32,000 nucleotides of DNA. Origin: Desulfobacterales bacterium (GTDB lineage Bacteria; Desulfobacterota; Desulfobacteria; Desulfobacterales; JAFDDL01). Numbering within the stretch: position 1 is the stretch's first letter; each line of letters opens with the position of its first letter. Location: the NCBI GenBank assembly GCA_963675725.2, contig CAXXXZ010000002.1, positions 4,042,611 through 4,074,610 of the forward strand, written 5' to 3'. Below are positions 14,153 through 23,304 of the stretch, piece after piece. The notes below the pieces were generated by a model. That model did no database searches. It was given only the letters and a program-made list of their open reading frames with translations, and was not told where the DNA came from. Made by a program: the position numbers and the translations under genes.

Positions 14153-15313
14153 CTAATGCAACACCTGGGTCTTTTCTGGCATCGACAGTGACAGCGATGA
14201 TGCCGGCTGCGGTTGACGGTGTTTTCGGTGAAATAATTGTTTATGGGTCAACAGATGAAAAAGCATCTCCAAAGGGCCCCTGGTAAAATGCCGTTGCCAC
14301 CCGGCGGTAAAACAGAACCCGATCAAATAAAACAGGCCGGTAGCGACGACCGGTTGGTCCGCAATGCGTCCGGTTTCGATTACCCACCCCATCAAAATGA
14401 ACCCCCAAACCAGATGCGCCACGTACATGGTTAACGAAAACTGCCCAAAAATGGCCAGGAAGCCAACTATGGGGCTTTTCTTTTCATGATCCAGGGTTAC
14501 CCATCTGCAGAGGCTGATTACGGCCAAGGCGCTTGCTCCTGAAGAGGCCACGAAGAGGGGGGTGTCCGGAAAGGCTTCAGACCGAAGAAAAGGCCCCCAC
14601 CAATTGCATTCGAGATCAACGTTGTTTTGCCACGCCCAATTCGAAGCAGTATCAGCAAACAGTTCAATACCGATACAGACAAGAGAGCTTATCACAAAGA
14701 GGCGTCGACAAAACATTGGCGTTACCGGCTCCCGGCGCCCGAGCAGCATGCCAAGGGAAAAAAAGCCAAGCCAGGGAAATACCGGATAGAAGGGACTTGT
14801 AATATAGTCCAACACCAACTGTATACCAGGGGGCTGTGTCTCAACGTAGGGTATGGCATCATTTAAATCATAGCTTAGTGTTAGAAACGCGCAAACCGGC
14901 ATGGAAAGTACGAAGACGATAAGGGTAAACCGCTTCACCCACAGGTCCGGACGTCGAGCGATAAGGGCACCGATCATCAGAAAAAGGCTGTAAAAATGAA
15001 GGATATCCGCTTCCCACCAATGCCAGAGAACCCATCCGCCCACCAGCAACAACAGGCTTCTTTTCATCAGGCCGTGATAAATCGTTGATGCCGTTTTGCC
15101 CTGGCGGCGTGTTAGCAGGGTTACAGAAAGGCCTGCCAGCATGACAAAAATTGTGGCCGCCCGGCCGTATGTATAGCCCACCACCGTTTCCATCCAAGCA
15201 GGAGAATACTCGGCGGTATCCATTACGGAAGCAAGATTGACCGGCACCATTGCCAAAATGGCCATGGCGCGAGCCATATCGTAACCAATAATGCGGTCAT
15301 GGTCTGACGGCAT
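14153..15313 (-). CDS. Polytopic membrane protein, DUF418/YeiB-like
   Basis: About 10 hydrophobic segments. N-terminal 'RIIGYDMARAMAILAMVPVN' and C-terminal 'GPLEMLFHLL' resemble YeiB-family signatures. GAGGA lies 5 nt before ATG 15313, and the track start 15403 has no RBS. Confidence 0.6.
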   Translation of the reverse strand: MPSDHDRIIGYDMARAMAILAMVPVNLASVMDTAEYSPAWMETVVGYTYGRAATIFVMLAGLSVTLLTRRQGKTASTIYHGLMKRSLLLLVGGWVLWHWWEADILHFYSLFLMIGALIARRPDLWVKRFTLIVFVLSMPVCAFLTLSYDLNDAIPYVETQPPGIQLVLDYITSPFYPVFPWLGFFSLGMLLGRREPVTPMFCRRLFVISSLVCIGIELFADTASNWAWQNNVDLECNWWGPFLRSEAFPDTPLFVASSGASALAVISLCRWVTLDHEKKSPIVGFLAIFGQFSLTMYVAHLVWGFILMGWVIETGRIADQPVVATGLFYLIGFCFTAGWQRHFTRGPLEMLFHLLTHKQLFHRKHRQPQPASSLSLSMPEKTQVLH

Positions 15314-15513
15314 GAATTTCCTCGGTGAAAAAGAAAACGAGCGGCAACACGGCCGAAGGTCTCTACACGCTTCTAACCAGTAATACGAAATAGCAACAAA
15401 CATGCCTGGATATAACTATCTGATTTATTTAAAAATATCGATCCGATTAAATTCACGAATCGGAACCGCTTGTTCCTGTTGAAAAAAAACAGAAAAATCA
15501 TTAATACAACCCC

Positions 15514-16557
15514 ATGAGCGATTTGAATGAAATAACGTCGGTTTCCCTTTCACGATACCTAAATCGGCCCCTTGCCATCGGCAACAGAACCATTGCCTCT
15601 CGGCTGGTGCTTGCCCCCATGGCCATGCTTGGAAACGTTGCTTTCAGAGAACTCATCAGTGACTTTGGGGGATTTGGCCTTCTTTTTTCAGAGATGTGCA
15701 GCGCCAAAAGAATTCGTCATGAAAACCGGCGGGTTTCCCCTTATTTTCGGTGGCGGGATGAAGAGCGGCCTTCCCTTGTTTGGCAAATTTTTGGCAGTGA
15801 TCCAGCGATCATGGCTGAGGCAGCTGAACGTATTGAAGCGGAGGGGTTTTTCGGCATTGACATCAACTTTGGTTGTGCTGCCAGCGACATCTGCCGGCAA
15901 AACGGTGGTGCAGCCGCCCTGAAGGATCCCGTTCGTGCCGAAAAAATTGTCTCTGCCGTCCGAAAGGCCGTGAAAATTCCGGTGTTCGTCAAATTTCGCA
16001 CCGGCTGGCGTGATCAACCAGAGGACGCCGTTAATTTTGCCAAACGATTTGAACAGGCCGGGGCAGACGCCCTGACCTACCATCCAAGGGTAGCCCCGGA
16101 CCGGCGGTCCCACCGCCCGAAATGGGAATATATCGGCATGGTAAAGGAAGATGTTTCCATTCCCGTTTTCGGAAATGGCGATGTCTTTCTGGCAACGGAT
16201 TGTAAGCGCATGATGGAACAAACCGGCTGTGATGGCGTGTCCGTTGGGCGGGCAGCGGTGGCCAAACCCTGGCTGTTTGCCGAATGGACAGGTGCTTTCA
16301 CGCCATCAGCTTCTGTTTTCCTCGATTCCGCCTTGGGGCTGATGGCACTGCTATCCAAACACTATGACTCTCTTGCTGCCCTGCGCCGGTTTAAAAAATT
16401 TGCCCTGTATTTTTCAGCAAATTTTAAGTTCGGACACGCTCTCCATACTGGCATTCGAAACGCCATGACGCAAACGGAGGTCGAGGCTTTGTTGCGCCGG
16501 TTTTTCGCACTTCCCCAAGACCTTGTGAGCCGGCCCAATATGAATTTTTTTGTCTGA
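15514..16557 (+). CDS. tRNA-dihydrouridine synthase (Dus family)
   Basis: 347 aa TIM-barrel flavoenzyme pattern: 'LAPMAMLGNVAFREL', 'LFSEM', 'FGIDINFGC', 'VFVKFRTGW', 'LTYHPR', 'PVFGNGDV', 'DGVSVGRAA'. Confidence 0.85.
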   Translation: MSDLNEITSVSLSRYLNRPLAIGNRTIASRLVLAPMAMLGNVAFRELISDFGGFGLLFSEMCSAKRIRHENRRVSPYFRWRDEERPSLVWQIFGSDPAIMAEAAERIEAEGFFGIDINFGCAASDICRQNGGAAALKDPVRAEKIVSAVRKAVKIPVFVKFRTGWRDQPEDAVNFAKRFEQAGADALTYHPRVAPDRRSHRPKWEYIGMVKEDVSIPVFGNGDVFLATDCKRMMEQTGCDGVSVGRAAVAKPWLFAEWTGAFTPSASVFLDSALGLMALLSKHYDSLAALRRFKKFALYFSANFKFGHALHTGIRNAMTQTEVEALLRRFFALPQDLVSRPNMNFFV

Positions 16558-16614
16558 TGCCACGTCGTTGGCAATGCGTCTTGACTTGAAATTTAAAAGA
16601 TGTAATCTCAGCCC

Positions 16615-17265
16615 ATGAAAAAAAAACTGGCTGAGAACCGACCAACACAACGAGTGACCTCTCGCACCGAGAAGAAAACCTTGGTATGGATAATGGCCGG
16701 TTTCTTAATCAGCTTCTGGATGTTTGTTCTCGGGCTTCTGGTGGGAAGGGATACCGCACCGGTGCAATTTGATATTCATAAACTTCAAAATGACTTGGCG
16801 GCACTAAAAAAGGCCACCATTGACAAAACAACCGAACAGTATCGACAGGCGTTTAATAATATCGAGCTGGGATTCCCTGAAGCCCTTGATGGGCCGCCGT
16901 TAAACCATCAACTGCAACCCCAGTGTGATGGAAATGTTGCGGCAAACACCCCTTCAGACGTTCGCCACAAGAAGAGACAAGATATCTTCAAGAAGAAAAA
17001 ACCGGTTGTAACCAAACCGGTATCTGGGCCGGATTCCCAAAGGGTGGTCCAAGTCATCGCCACCAAAGATGAAGGGTATGCGGATGAAATCGTCTCCAAG
17101 CTAAAAACCCTTGGATATCATGCCTATCGAACCTCCGGCACGCTTCCTGGCAAAGGCACCTGGCACCGGGTTCGCGTGGGCGGGTGTAAAGATGAAACCG
17201 AAGCCAGAACCGTGGTGCAGAAGCTTAAAGAAGAGCATTTTTCACCCATGATTTTAGAAGAGTAA
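16615..17265 (+). CDS. SPOR-domain membrane protein
   Basis: N-terminal TM segment 'LVWIMAGFLISFWMFVLGLLVG', a low-complexity linker, and a C-terminal SPOR-like 'VVQVIATKDEGYADEIVSKLKTLGYHAYR...WHRVRVGGCKDETEARTVVQKLK'. Confidence 0.8.
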   Translation: MKKKLAENRPTQRVTSRTEKKTLVWIMAGFLISFWMFVLGLLVGRDTAPVQFDIHKLQNDLAALKKATIDKTTEQYRQAFNNIELGFPEALDGPPLNHQLQPQCDGNVAANTPSDVRHKKRQDIFKKKKPVVTKPVSGPDSQRVVQVIATKDEGYADEIVSKLKTLGYHAYRTSGTLPGKGTWHRVRVGGCKDETEARTVVQKLKEEHFSPMILEE

Positions 17266-17279
17266 AGAGGAAAACCCAT

Positions 17280-17567
17280 ATGACAATTACAAAAGACGAT
17301 GTAAAATATGTGGCCAACCTGGCGCGATTGACACTCGACGAATCTTCCATTGATATGTTTGCGGACCAGATGGCCAAAATTATCGATTATGTTGACACCT
17401 TGAATCAAATTGACACCACCGGCGTGGCACCGATGGCCAACGCCGTTTCATTGAACAATGCCTTTCGGGAAGACAACAACACACCGCATCTCGACCGGGA
17501 AAAGACCCTCGCCAATGCGCCAGACAAAGAAGATGGGTTTTTTATCGTACCCAAAGTTATCGGTTAA
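17280..17567 (+). CDS. gatC: Asp/Glu-tRNA amidotransferase subunit C
   Basis: 95 aa. '[39 protein letters not shown]' and 'REDNNTP' are typical of GatC. It lies directly upstream of gatA. Confidence 0.92.
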   Translation: MTITKDDVKYVANLARLTLDESSIDMFADQMAKIIDYVDTLNQIDTTGVAPMANAVSLNNAFREDNNTPHLDREKTLANAPDKEDGFFIVPKVIG

Positions 17568-17578
17568 AGGAAGACGCT

Positions 17579-19039
17579 ATGAATTTGTATGATCTGTCCA
17601 TGGAAACAGCCCATCTTCTTCTGAAAAAAAAGGAGATTTCTTCCAAAGAACTTGTTACGGCCGTGCTCGATCGCACCGAGTCTTTAAATGAAACCATCGG
17701 CGCGTATATTACCCTATGCCGCGACACCGCCCTCCAGCAGGCCCAGCTGGCGGACAAGGAGATTGCTGCCGGGAATATCTCACCGGTCACGGGTATTCCA
17801 CTGGCCATCAAAGACAATATTTGCACCCAGGACATAAAAACCACCTGTGGGTCTAAAATCCTTGAAAATTTTATTCCCCAATACAATGCCACCGTCATGG
17901 ACAAATTGGCTAAGGCCGGTGCCGTGATGGTCGGCAAAACCAATATGGATGAATTTGCCATGGGGTCTTCCACCGAGACCTCCGCCCTGGAAACGACCCG
18001 AAACCCCTGGGACCTGGAGAGAATCCCGGGTGGTTCCAGCGGGGGCTCTGCGGCTGCGGTTTCTGCCGATATCTGCCTTGGGGCCCTGGGATCCGATACC
18101 GGCGGATCGATCAGACAACCGGCATCCCATTGTGGCGTCGTGGGCCTGAAACCCACCTATGGCCGCGTATCCCGTTATGGTCTGGTGGCGTTCGCCTCCT
18201 CTCTGGACCAGATCGGGCCGATCACCAAAACGGTAATGGACAGCGCTCTTTTGCTGAACACCATCTCTGGCCATGACCCCAAAGATTCCACATCTGTCCC
18301 CCGGGACGTGCCGGACTATGCCCTGAGTTGCACGCCCGGTATAAAGGGAATGACGGTTGGAATTCCCAAAGAATATTTCGCGACCCAAGGGGTTGATGGC
18401 GAGGTCCTGACAGCCATTAACAATGCAATCGCCACGGTTGAACGCCTTGGCGGTGAATGTGTCGACATTTCCTTGCCCCATACCGACTATGCCGTGGCTG
18501 CTTACTATGTGATTGCACCCGCTGAAGCCAGCTCCAACCTGGCCCGCTATGACGGCGTCAAGTACGGGCTCAGAAAAGAAAATGCGGCCAACCTTATGGA
18601 AATGTATCAGCAGACACGATCCACCGGGTTTGGTGCCGAGGTGAAACGACGCATTCTTTTGGGGACGTTTTCACTTTCCGCAGGATATTATGATGCCTAT
18701 TACGGAAAGGCCTCCCAGGTCCGCACCCTTATTCGGAATGATTTTCTGGACGCCTTTAAAAAATGTGATGTCATTTTATCACCGGTGGCCCCCACACCGG
18801 CCTTTAAACTGGGCGAAAAAATCAACGATCCGCTGACCATGTACTTGTCGGATATTTTTACGCTTTCCGCAAACCTGGCAGGCATTCCCGGGTTGTCTAT
18901 TCCCTGTGGCTTTTCCAAAAGAGGGCTACCTATTGGGCTTCAGCTTCTCGGTAATTTTTTCGAAGAAGAGACGCTGTTAAAGGTCGCCTACAATATTGAG
19001 CAGGAAATCGATCTTGGCAGTGCAAAACCAGCACTTTAA
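17579..19039 (+). CDS. gatA: Asp/Glu-tRNA amidotransferase subunit A (amidase signature enzyme)
   Basis: 486 aa. Amidase signature '[13 protein letters not shown]...[13 protein letters not shown]', with 'IAIKDNI' and '[13 protein letters not shown]'. Confidence 0.95.
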   Translation: MNLYDLSMETAHLLLKKKEISSKELVTAVLDRTESLNETIGAYITLCRDTALQQAQLADKEIAAGNISPVTGIPLAIKDNICTQDIKTTCGSKILENFIPQYNATVMDKLAKAGAVMVGKTNMDEFAMGSSTETSALETTRNPWDLERIPGGSSGGSAAAVSADICLGALGSDTGGSIRQPASHCGVVGLKPTYGRVSRYGLVAFASSLDQIGPITKTVMDSALLLNTISGHDPKDSTSVPRDVPDYALSCTPGIKGMTVGIPKEYFATQGVDGEVLTAINNAIATVERLGGECVDISLPHTDYAVAAYYVIAPAEASSNLARYDGVKYGLRKENAANLMEMYQQTRSTGFGAEVKRRILLGTFSLSAGYYDAYYGKASQVRTLIRNDFLDAFKKCDVILSPVAPTPAFKLGEKINDPLTMYLSDIFTLSANLAGIPGLSIPCGFSKRGLPIGLQLLGNFFEEETLLKVAYNIEQEIDLGSAKPAL

Positions 19040-19063
19040 TTCTTATCGAAGAGGAGGCAACCC

Positions 19064-19243
19064 ATGGGGATACAACCCGAGGGAGAGGCGGTCCGAAAAG
19101 CGGTAAAATACATCTCAGCGCGTCGGGGGGAATCGCCCCAACCTGATTTAAAGTCATTGATTCAACAGGCGTGCCTGAAGTTTGACCTGGCCCCCAAGGA
19201 CGCTGATTTTTTATGTGCGTTCTACGAAGAACAAGAGAAGTGA
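19064..19243 (+). CDS. Small hypothetical protein, 59 aa (absent from the supplied ORF track)
   Basis: GAGGAGG lies 6 nt upstream of ATG 19064. Hand translation: MGIQPEGEAVRKAVKYISARRGESPQPDLKSLIQQACLKFDLAPKDADFLCAFYEEQEK*. It fills the gatA-mutL gap, and its TGA (19241-19243) is 3 nt before the mutL TTG start. Confidence 0.55.
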   Translation: MGIQPEGEAVRKAVKYISARRGESPQPDLKSLIQQACLKFDLAPKDADFLCAFYEEQEK

Positions 19244-19246
19244 CGA

Positions 19247-21049
19247 TTGTCGAAGATTAAAATACTGCCGGAAATTCTGGCCAATAAAATTGCTGCCGGA
19301 GAAGTCATTGAACGCCCGGCGTCTGTGGTCAAGGAGCTCATGGAAAATGCGCTTGATGCCCAGAGTACGCGTATTTTAATCTCCCTTGAAAACGCCGGAA
19401 AGTCACTGATACAGATATCGGACAATGGTATTGGGATGAGCCGGGATGAGGCGCTGTTATCGATCGAGCGGTATGCCACCAGCAAAATCGTTACGGATGA
19501 GGACCTTTTTTCTATCCAAACCCTCGGGTTTCGGGGCGAAGCATTGCCGAGTATCGCCGCCGTGTCCCGGCTCGTGTTGGAGTCCAAGGACAAGCACGCC
19601 ACCATCGGCACACAAATCCACATTGACGGCGGCAAAATCAAATCGGTGAATGATATTGGCGCTCCCACCGGCACACAAATCACGGTCAAACAGCTTTTTT
19701 TCAACACCCCCGCCCGGCGGAAATTTTTAAAAACCACCAGTACCGAAATGGGCCACGTGGTTGACACCTTTACCAGCATGGCCATGGCATGGCCAACGGT
19801 GCAGTTTCGCCTCACCCACAATGGCAAAACCGTCAAGGACTGGGTAAGCGCAAAAGACCCCGTGGACCGCATTTCCGATGTGATGGCCCAGCCGATCCAA
19901 GACGAACTGATACCGGTTTCAGCCGCACGCAATGGCATTTCTCTTCAAGGCTGGGTCTCTTCTGCCCGGGTCCATCGCAGTACCTCCAGAAACATCTATC
20001 TTTACATAAACAACCGTTATGTCCGGGACCGCGTTGTTCACCATGCCCTCATGGCAGGATTTTCAGGAAAACTGGTGACCGGCCGGTTTCCGGTAGCGGT
20101 TCTTTTCCTGTCATTGCCCTTTGATCAGGTGGATGTCAATGTCCACCCTTCAAAACATGCAGTCCGGTTTGCCTCGCCCAATGCGGTCCATGATTTTGTA
20201 CAGCAGACCGTTGCAAATACTCTGCAACAAAAGGATCGGCCGGCATGGGCTGCGCCGGTGACGGCGGCGACACCGAACCTTAGGCCGGTTTTCCCGCCGC
20301 AACCCAAACCGGATGTCCGACCGGATCGTCCCCTTGCGCCCTCACGGCTTGTTCAAGATCATCCCGTCCGGCAGGAAGCGCCCGCCTTCACCAACTTTTC
20401 CCAAAAGACGTCGCCGAATTTGGAGGTCTCGGAAGCCCAGGCACCCCTTTGGCAGACCGGTTTTTTTCAATCGCTTAAAATTATCGGACAACTCCGTGAC
20501 ACATACATTTTATGCGAATCCCGTAAAGAGGGCCTTGTGGTCGTGGATCAGCATGCGGCTCATGAACGAATATTATTTGAAAAGTTGAAGCAAGCCCGCC
20601 GGGATGGAAACCTCGAATCCCAGCGACTGCTTCTTCCGGAAACGATTGATCTCGGATTTAAAGAGGCAACCATTCTGAAACAATTGATACCCGAATTGTC
20701 ACGGTATGGCCTTGAAATAGAACCGTTCGGCGGCAGCACCTTTGTGGTGAAAGCCTCACCATCGATGCTTGGCACAAAGGACATCGCCACACTTGTGACG
20801 GACATGGTGGAAAAGATCGCCGACCTATCGGTTGCCAAAGACACGGATCAGTTGCTGGACCACATTTATAAACTGATGGCTTGCCATGGTGCAATTCGGG
20901 CAAACCAACCCCTTTCCGTTGAGCAGCAAAAAGGGCTCTTGCAGCAACTTGATGCCTGCGAAGACCCCGGCCACTGTCCCCATGGCCGCCCTATCTGGAT
21001 TCAATGGCGGCTTTCGCACATCGAAAAAGCCTTCCTCAGGGTTGTTTAA
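19247..21049 (+). CDS. mutL: DNA mismatch repair protein MutL
   Basis: 600 aa. GHKL ATPase N-terminus 'ILANKIAAGEVIERPASVVKELMENALDA', 'DNGIGM', 'TLGFRGEAL'. C-terminal dimerisation/endonuclease region ('DQHAAHERILFE', 'CPHGRP'). The TTG start is forced by an in-frame TGA two codons upstream. Confidence 0.95.
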   Translation: MSKIKILPEILANKIAAGEVIERPASVVKELMENALDAQSTRILISLENAGKSLIQISDNGIGMSRDEALLSIERYATSKIVTDEDLFSIQTLGFRGEALPSIAAVSRLVLESKDKHATIGTQIHIDGGKIKSVNDIGAPTGTQITVKQLFFNTPARRKFLKTTSTEMGHVVDTFTSMAMAWPTVQFRLTHNGKTVKDWVSAKDPVDRISDVMAQPIQDELIPVSAARNGISLQGWVSSARVHRSTSRNIYLYINNRYVRDRVVHHALMAGFSGKLVTGRFPVAVLFLSLPFDQVDVNVHPSKHAVRFASPNAVHDFVQQTVANTLQQKDRPAWAAPVTAATPNLRPVFPPQPKPDVRPDRPLAPSRLVQDHPVRQEAPAFTNFSQKTSPNLEVSEAQAPLWQTGFFQSLKIIGQLRDTYILCESRKEGLVVVDQHAAHERILFEKLKQARRDGNLESQRLLLPETIDLGFKEATILKQLIPELSRYGLEIEPFGGSTFVVKASPSMLGTKDIATLVTDMVEKIADLSVAKDTDQLLDHIYKLMACHGAIRANQPLSVEQQKGLLQQLDACEDPGHCPHGRPIWIQWRLSHIEKAFLRVV

Positions 21050-21097
21050 CACTGAGGTTAACCCTCATCCATGCACCCGTAAAGAAGGAAAACATTT

Positions 21098-21126
21098 TTG
21101 ACAGTGATTTTTTTTTGAACTATGCT
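21098..21126 (+). promoter_or_regulatory. Candidate sigma70-type promoter for the EIIA / P-II-like pair
   Basis: TTGACA (21098-21103), 17-nt T-rich spacer, TATGCT (21121-21126), ~58 nt upstream of ATG 21184. Pattern match only. Confidence 0.4.
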
Positions 21127-21183
21127 GAAACCGTCACCGACACGTTTCTGCCAACATCCAAACCGTTACCAAAGAGCGTTATT

Positions 21184-21654
21184 ATGAAAATTTGTAATCT
21201 GCTGAAAGTCGAACACATTTTTTTGGATATAGCGCTTTCTGACAAAAATGACGTCCTTTATTTCATCGCCGAGATGGCTGCAAAAACGGGCGTGGTAGAA
21301 AATAAAACGATGCTGTGTGGCGGGTTGAACAAAAGGGAAGACCTCATGAGCACCGGTATTGGGGATGGCATCGCACTGCCCCACGCCACCGCCCCCGATT
21401 TATCCACGGCAGCGGTTTTTCTCATCCGACTTGCCAACCCGATTGATTACGACGCACTTGATTTTCGACCCGTGGACATTGTGCTGCCCCTGATTATTCC
21501 GGAAAACAACACGCCGCTGCATCTGCAGCTGCTTGCAGGAGTGTCTCGTCTCTGCAAGGTCCCTGAATTTTTAACCACAATTCGGCAGGCCCAGGATTCG
21601 TCCGAACTCTGGCATGATATCCACCTGTTAGAGGAACAGATGGCCTTTCATTAA
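21184..21654 (+). CDS. ptsN: PTS EIIA type-2 domain protein (PtsN / EIIA-Ntr-like)
   Basis: 156 aa from 'MKICNLLKVEHIFLDI'. Active-site region 'REDLMSTGIGDGIALPHA'. The upstream part of track ORF 21004..21654 overlaps the mutL 3' end and the promoter region and is rejected. Confidence 0.75.
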   Translation: MKICNLLKVEHIFLDIALSDKNDVLYFIAEMAAKTGVVENKTMLCGGLNKREDLMSTGIGDGIALPHATAPDLSTAAVFLIRLANPIDYDALDFRPVDIVLPLIIPENNTPLHLQLLAGVSRLCKVPEFLTTIRQAQDSSELWHDIHLLEEQMAFH

Positions 21655-21681
21655 CCAAAAGCTGCCTGTAAAGAGAGCGCT

Positions 21682-22080
21682 GTGTATCTTTTAACGACCG
21701 TTATCAATAATGAAACACTGCTGAATGATCTTATCACCGGCTGGCTCGACATTGGGATTACCGGTGCCACCGTTATTGAAACAACCGATTTTATTCAACT
21801 CATCAGTACCAACCTTCCTCTTTTCGCCGGCTTTCGGACCCTCGCCGGTGGGGGGACGCTCCATAACAAAACCATGTTTGCCGCCATAGAGAGCAAAGAC
21901 CTTTTGGACCAGGCCATTGCCTTTCTGGAAACAGTTTGCCAAAAATCCGGGAAGTCTCACCAGGGAATTTATTTTGTGATCCCTATTGTGCAATTCGGTC
22001 ATCTCGGCCAAGCGGTGAACCCTTCCGATCGCAAACGCTACATCGAAAAAAAAATAGGGCGACCCCTTAAAGAAAAATAA
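21682..22080 (+). CDS. Hypothetical protein with a P-II-like (double beta-alpha-beta) sequence pattern
   Basis: 132 aa, GTG start. 'LLTTVINNETLLNDLITGWLDIGITGATVIETTDF' parallels the GlnB N-terminus ('...EALHEVGIKGMTVTEVKGFG'). This is followed by a loop-like Gly-rich segment and a second beta-alpha-beta ('KTMFAAIESKDLLDQAIAFLETVC...GIYFVIPIV'). The fold is inferred by eye only. Confidence 0.45.
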   Translation: MYLLTTVINNETLLNDLITGWLDIGITGATVIETTDFIQLISTNLPLFAGFRTLAGGGTLHNKTMFAAIESKDLLDQAIAFLETVCQKSGKSHQGIYFVIPIVQFGHLGQAVNPSDRKRYIEKKIGRPLKEK

Positions 22081-22372
22081 CCTGCGATGTTACTATTGTA
22101 CCCCCTAATCTGGAAGTCGTGAATCTACAGTCGAGAGTCAACAGACACAACCTTCCATAAAGATGCACGCTTTCGGAGTCGGAGTTTATGCCCTGATTTT
22201 AAGGGCTTACCCGCGTGTATGTTTCTGATAACGGGTCTAAATTCAAATAAAACCCTTCTCGATCGCTGAACGGGCGATTTCCCATAGACAAAGTGATATT
22301 GTTTTTTGTCGTTTTCGAGGGTACATTGCCATGCGTGGATGTTCGAAGAATTTATTAGAAAGGAGTTTCAAG

Positions 22373-22861
22373 ATGGAACAATGCCCTTGCGGATCAGGTA
22401 TCGATTACAACGAATGCTGCCGCCCCCTTATTCACGAAAATAAACTGGCTGCTACGGTCGAAGCACTGATGCGGTCCCGTTATACGGCCTATACCGAATC
22501 GAAAATAGACTACATTCAAAACACCACCCACCCGAGCCAGCGGTCCCAATTTGACCTGGAGGCCACCCGGGACTGGGCCGAAAATTCTGAATGGCAGAAA
22601 CTTGAAATTTTGGACGTGGTGGCCGGCACCGCAACCGATAAGACCGGAGAGGTTGAATTTATCGCAACCTATATCCAAAAGGGAACGGTGAACAAACATC
22701 ATGAACGGGCCCTGTTTAAAAAAGTGGATGGCAGTTGGTTCTTTTTAGACGGAAAAAGGGTAAAGGCCCAACCCGTTGTTCGCAGCGCGCCAAAGATTGG
22801 CCGAAATGATCCCTGCCTGTGTGGCAGCGGGAAAAAATATAAAAAATGCTGCGGGGAATAG
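22373..22861 (+). CDS. YchJ-family (UPF0225) protein with SEC-C motifs at both termini
   Basis: AAAGGAG lies 7 nt upstream of ATG 22373. N-terminal '[13 protein letters not shown]' and C-terminal '[17 protein letters not shown]' flank an NTF2-like core. Confidence 0.8.
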   Translation: MEQCPCGSGIDYNECCRPLIHENKLAATVEALMRSRYTAYTESKIDYIQNTTHPSQRSQFDLEATRDWAENSEWQKLEILDVVAGTATDKTGEVEFIATYIQKGTVNKHHERALFKKVDGSWFFLDGKRVKAQPVVRSAPKIGRNDPCLCGSGKKYKKCCGE

Positions 22862-22998
22862 ACTTCCGGTTTTACAAGATTGATAATTTGCTCCAATTTT
22901 TGAACCACCGGCTCGACGTCGCCGGCCCTGGGTATTAAACGATTGCATGACTTGGGGCCGGTGATTTAGCAGCGGCGATATTTTGTGACCAGGTCCCC

Positions 22999-23211
22999 TT
23001 AAAAGGGAAGGTCACCGTCATCTAAATCATCGTCAAAATCGAGCGACATCATTTCACTTGCCAGGTTTAGGAACACCCCCTGCGATTCACATAAATTTTT
23101 TATAATTCGGCTATATGTCTCCTTTTCATTTACGTCCTTTGTTTTGGCCATGGCCTTCAAGGCGGAATTAATTTCTTTGGCCAAACCATCCATTATTTTA
23201 TCTGGATCCAT
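22999..23211 (-). CDS. Small (70 aa) helical protein ending in an SSB-like acidic tip '...DFDDDLDDGDLPF'
   Basis: AAAGGAGA lies 4-5 nt upstream of ATG 23211. Translation: MDPDKIMDGLAKEINSALKAMAKTKDVNEKETYSRIIKNLCESQGVFLNLASEMMSLDFDDDLDDGDLPF*. Confidence 0.6.
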   Translation of the reverse strand: MDPDKIMDGLAKEINSALKAMAKTKDVNEKETYSRIIKNLCESQGVFLNLASEMMSLDFDDDLDDGDLPF

Positions 23212-23304
23212 GAAATCTCCTTTCGATGTTTAAATGGGAACGCCACTTAATCGTTTCGTTAATGGGGTTCTCCTTGTCTGGTTCACCCGCGATGTAAAAA
23301 TGTT

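Noticed and set aside
15688-19938. Long antisense ORFs inside dus (15688..16221), gatA (17557..18156, 17780..18481) and mutL (19222..19938).
   Set aside because: These are shadow ORFs opposite well-supported genes. Their translations are Arg/Gly/Pro-rich low-complexity sequence with no recognisable motifs or RBS.
21004-21183. Upstream extension of the EIIA ORF (track start 21004), and similarly the 22331 start of the YchJ-like ORF and the 15403 start of the membrane protein.
   Set aside because: The extensions overlap the preceding gene or a promoter-like region, lack an RBS and add non-homologous residues. Internal ATGs with good SD spacing were preferred.
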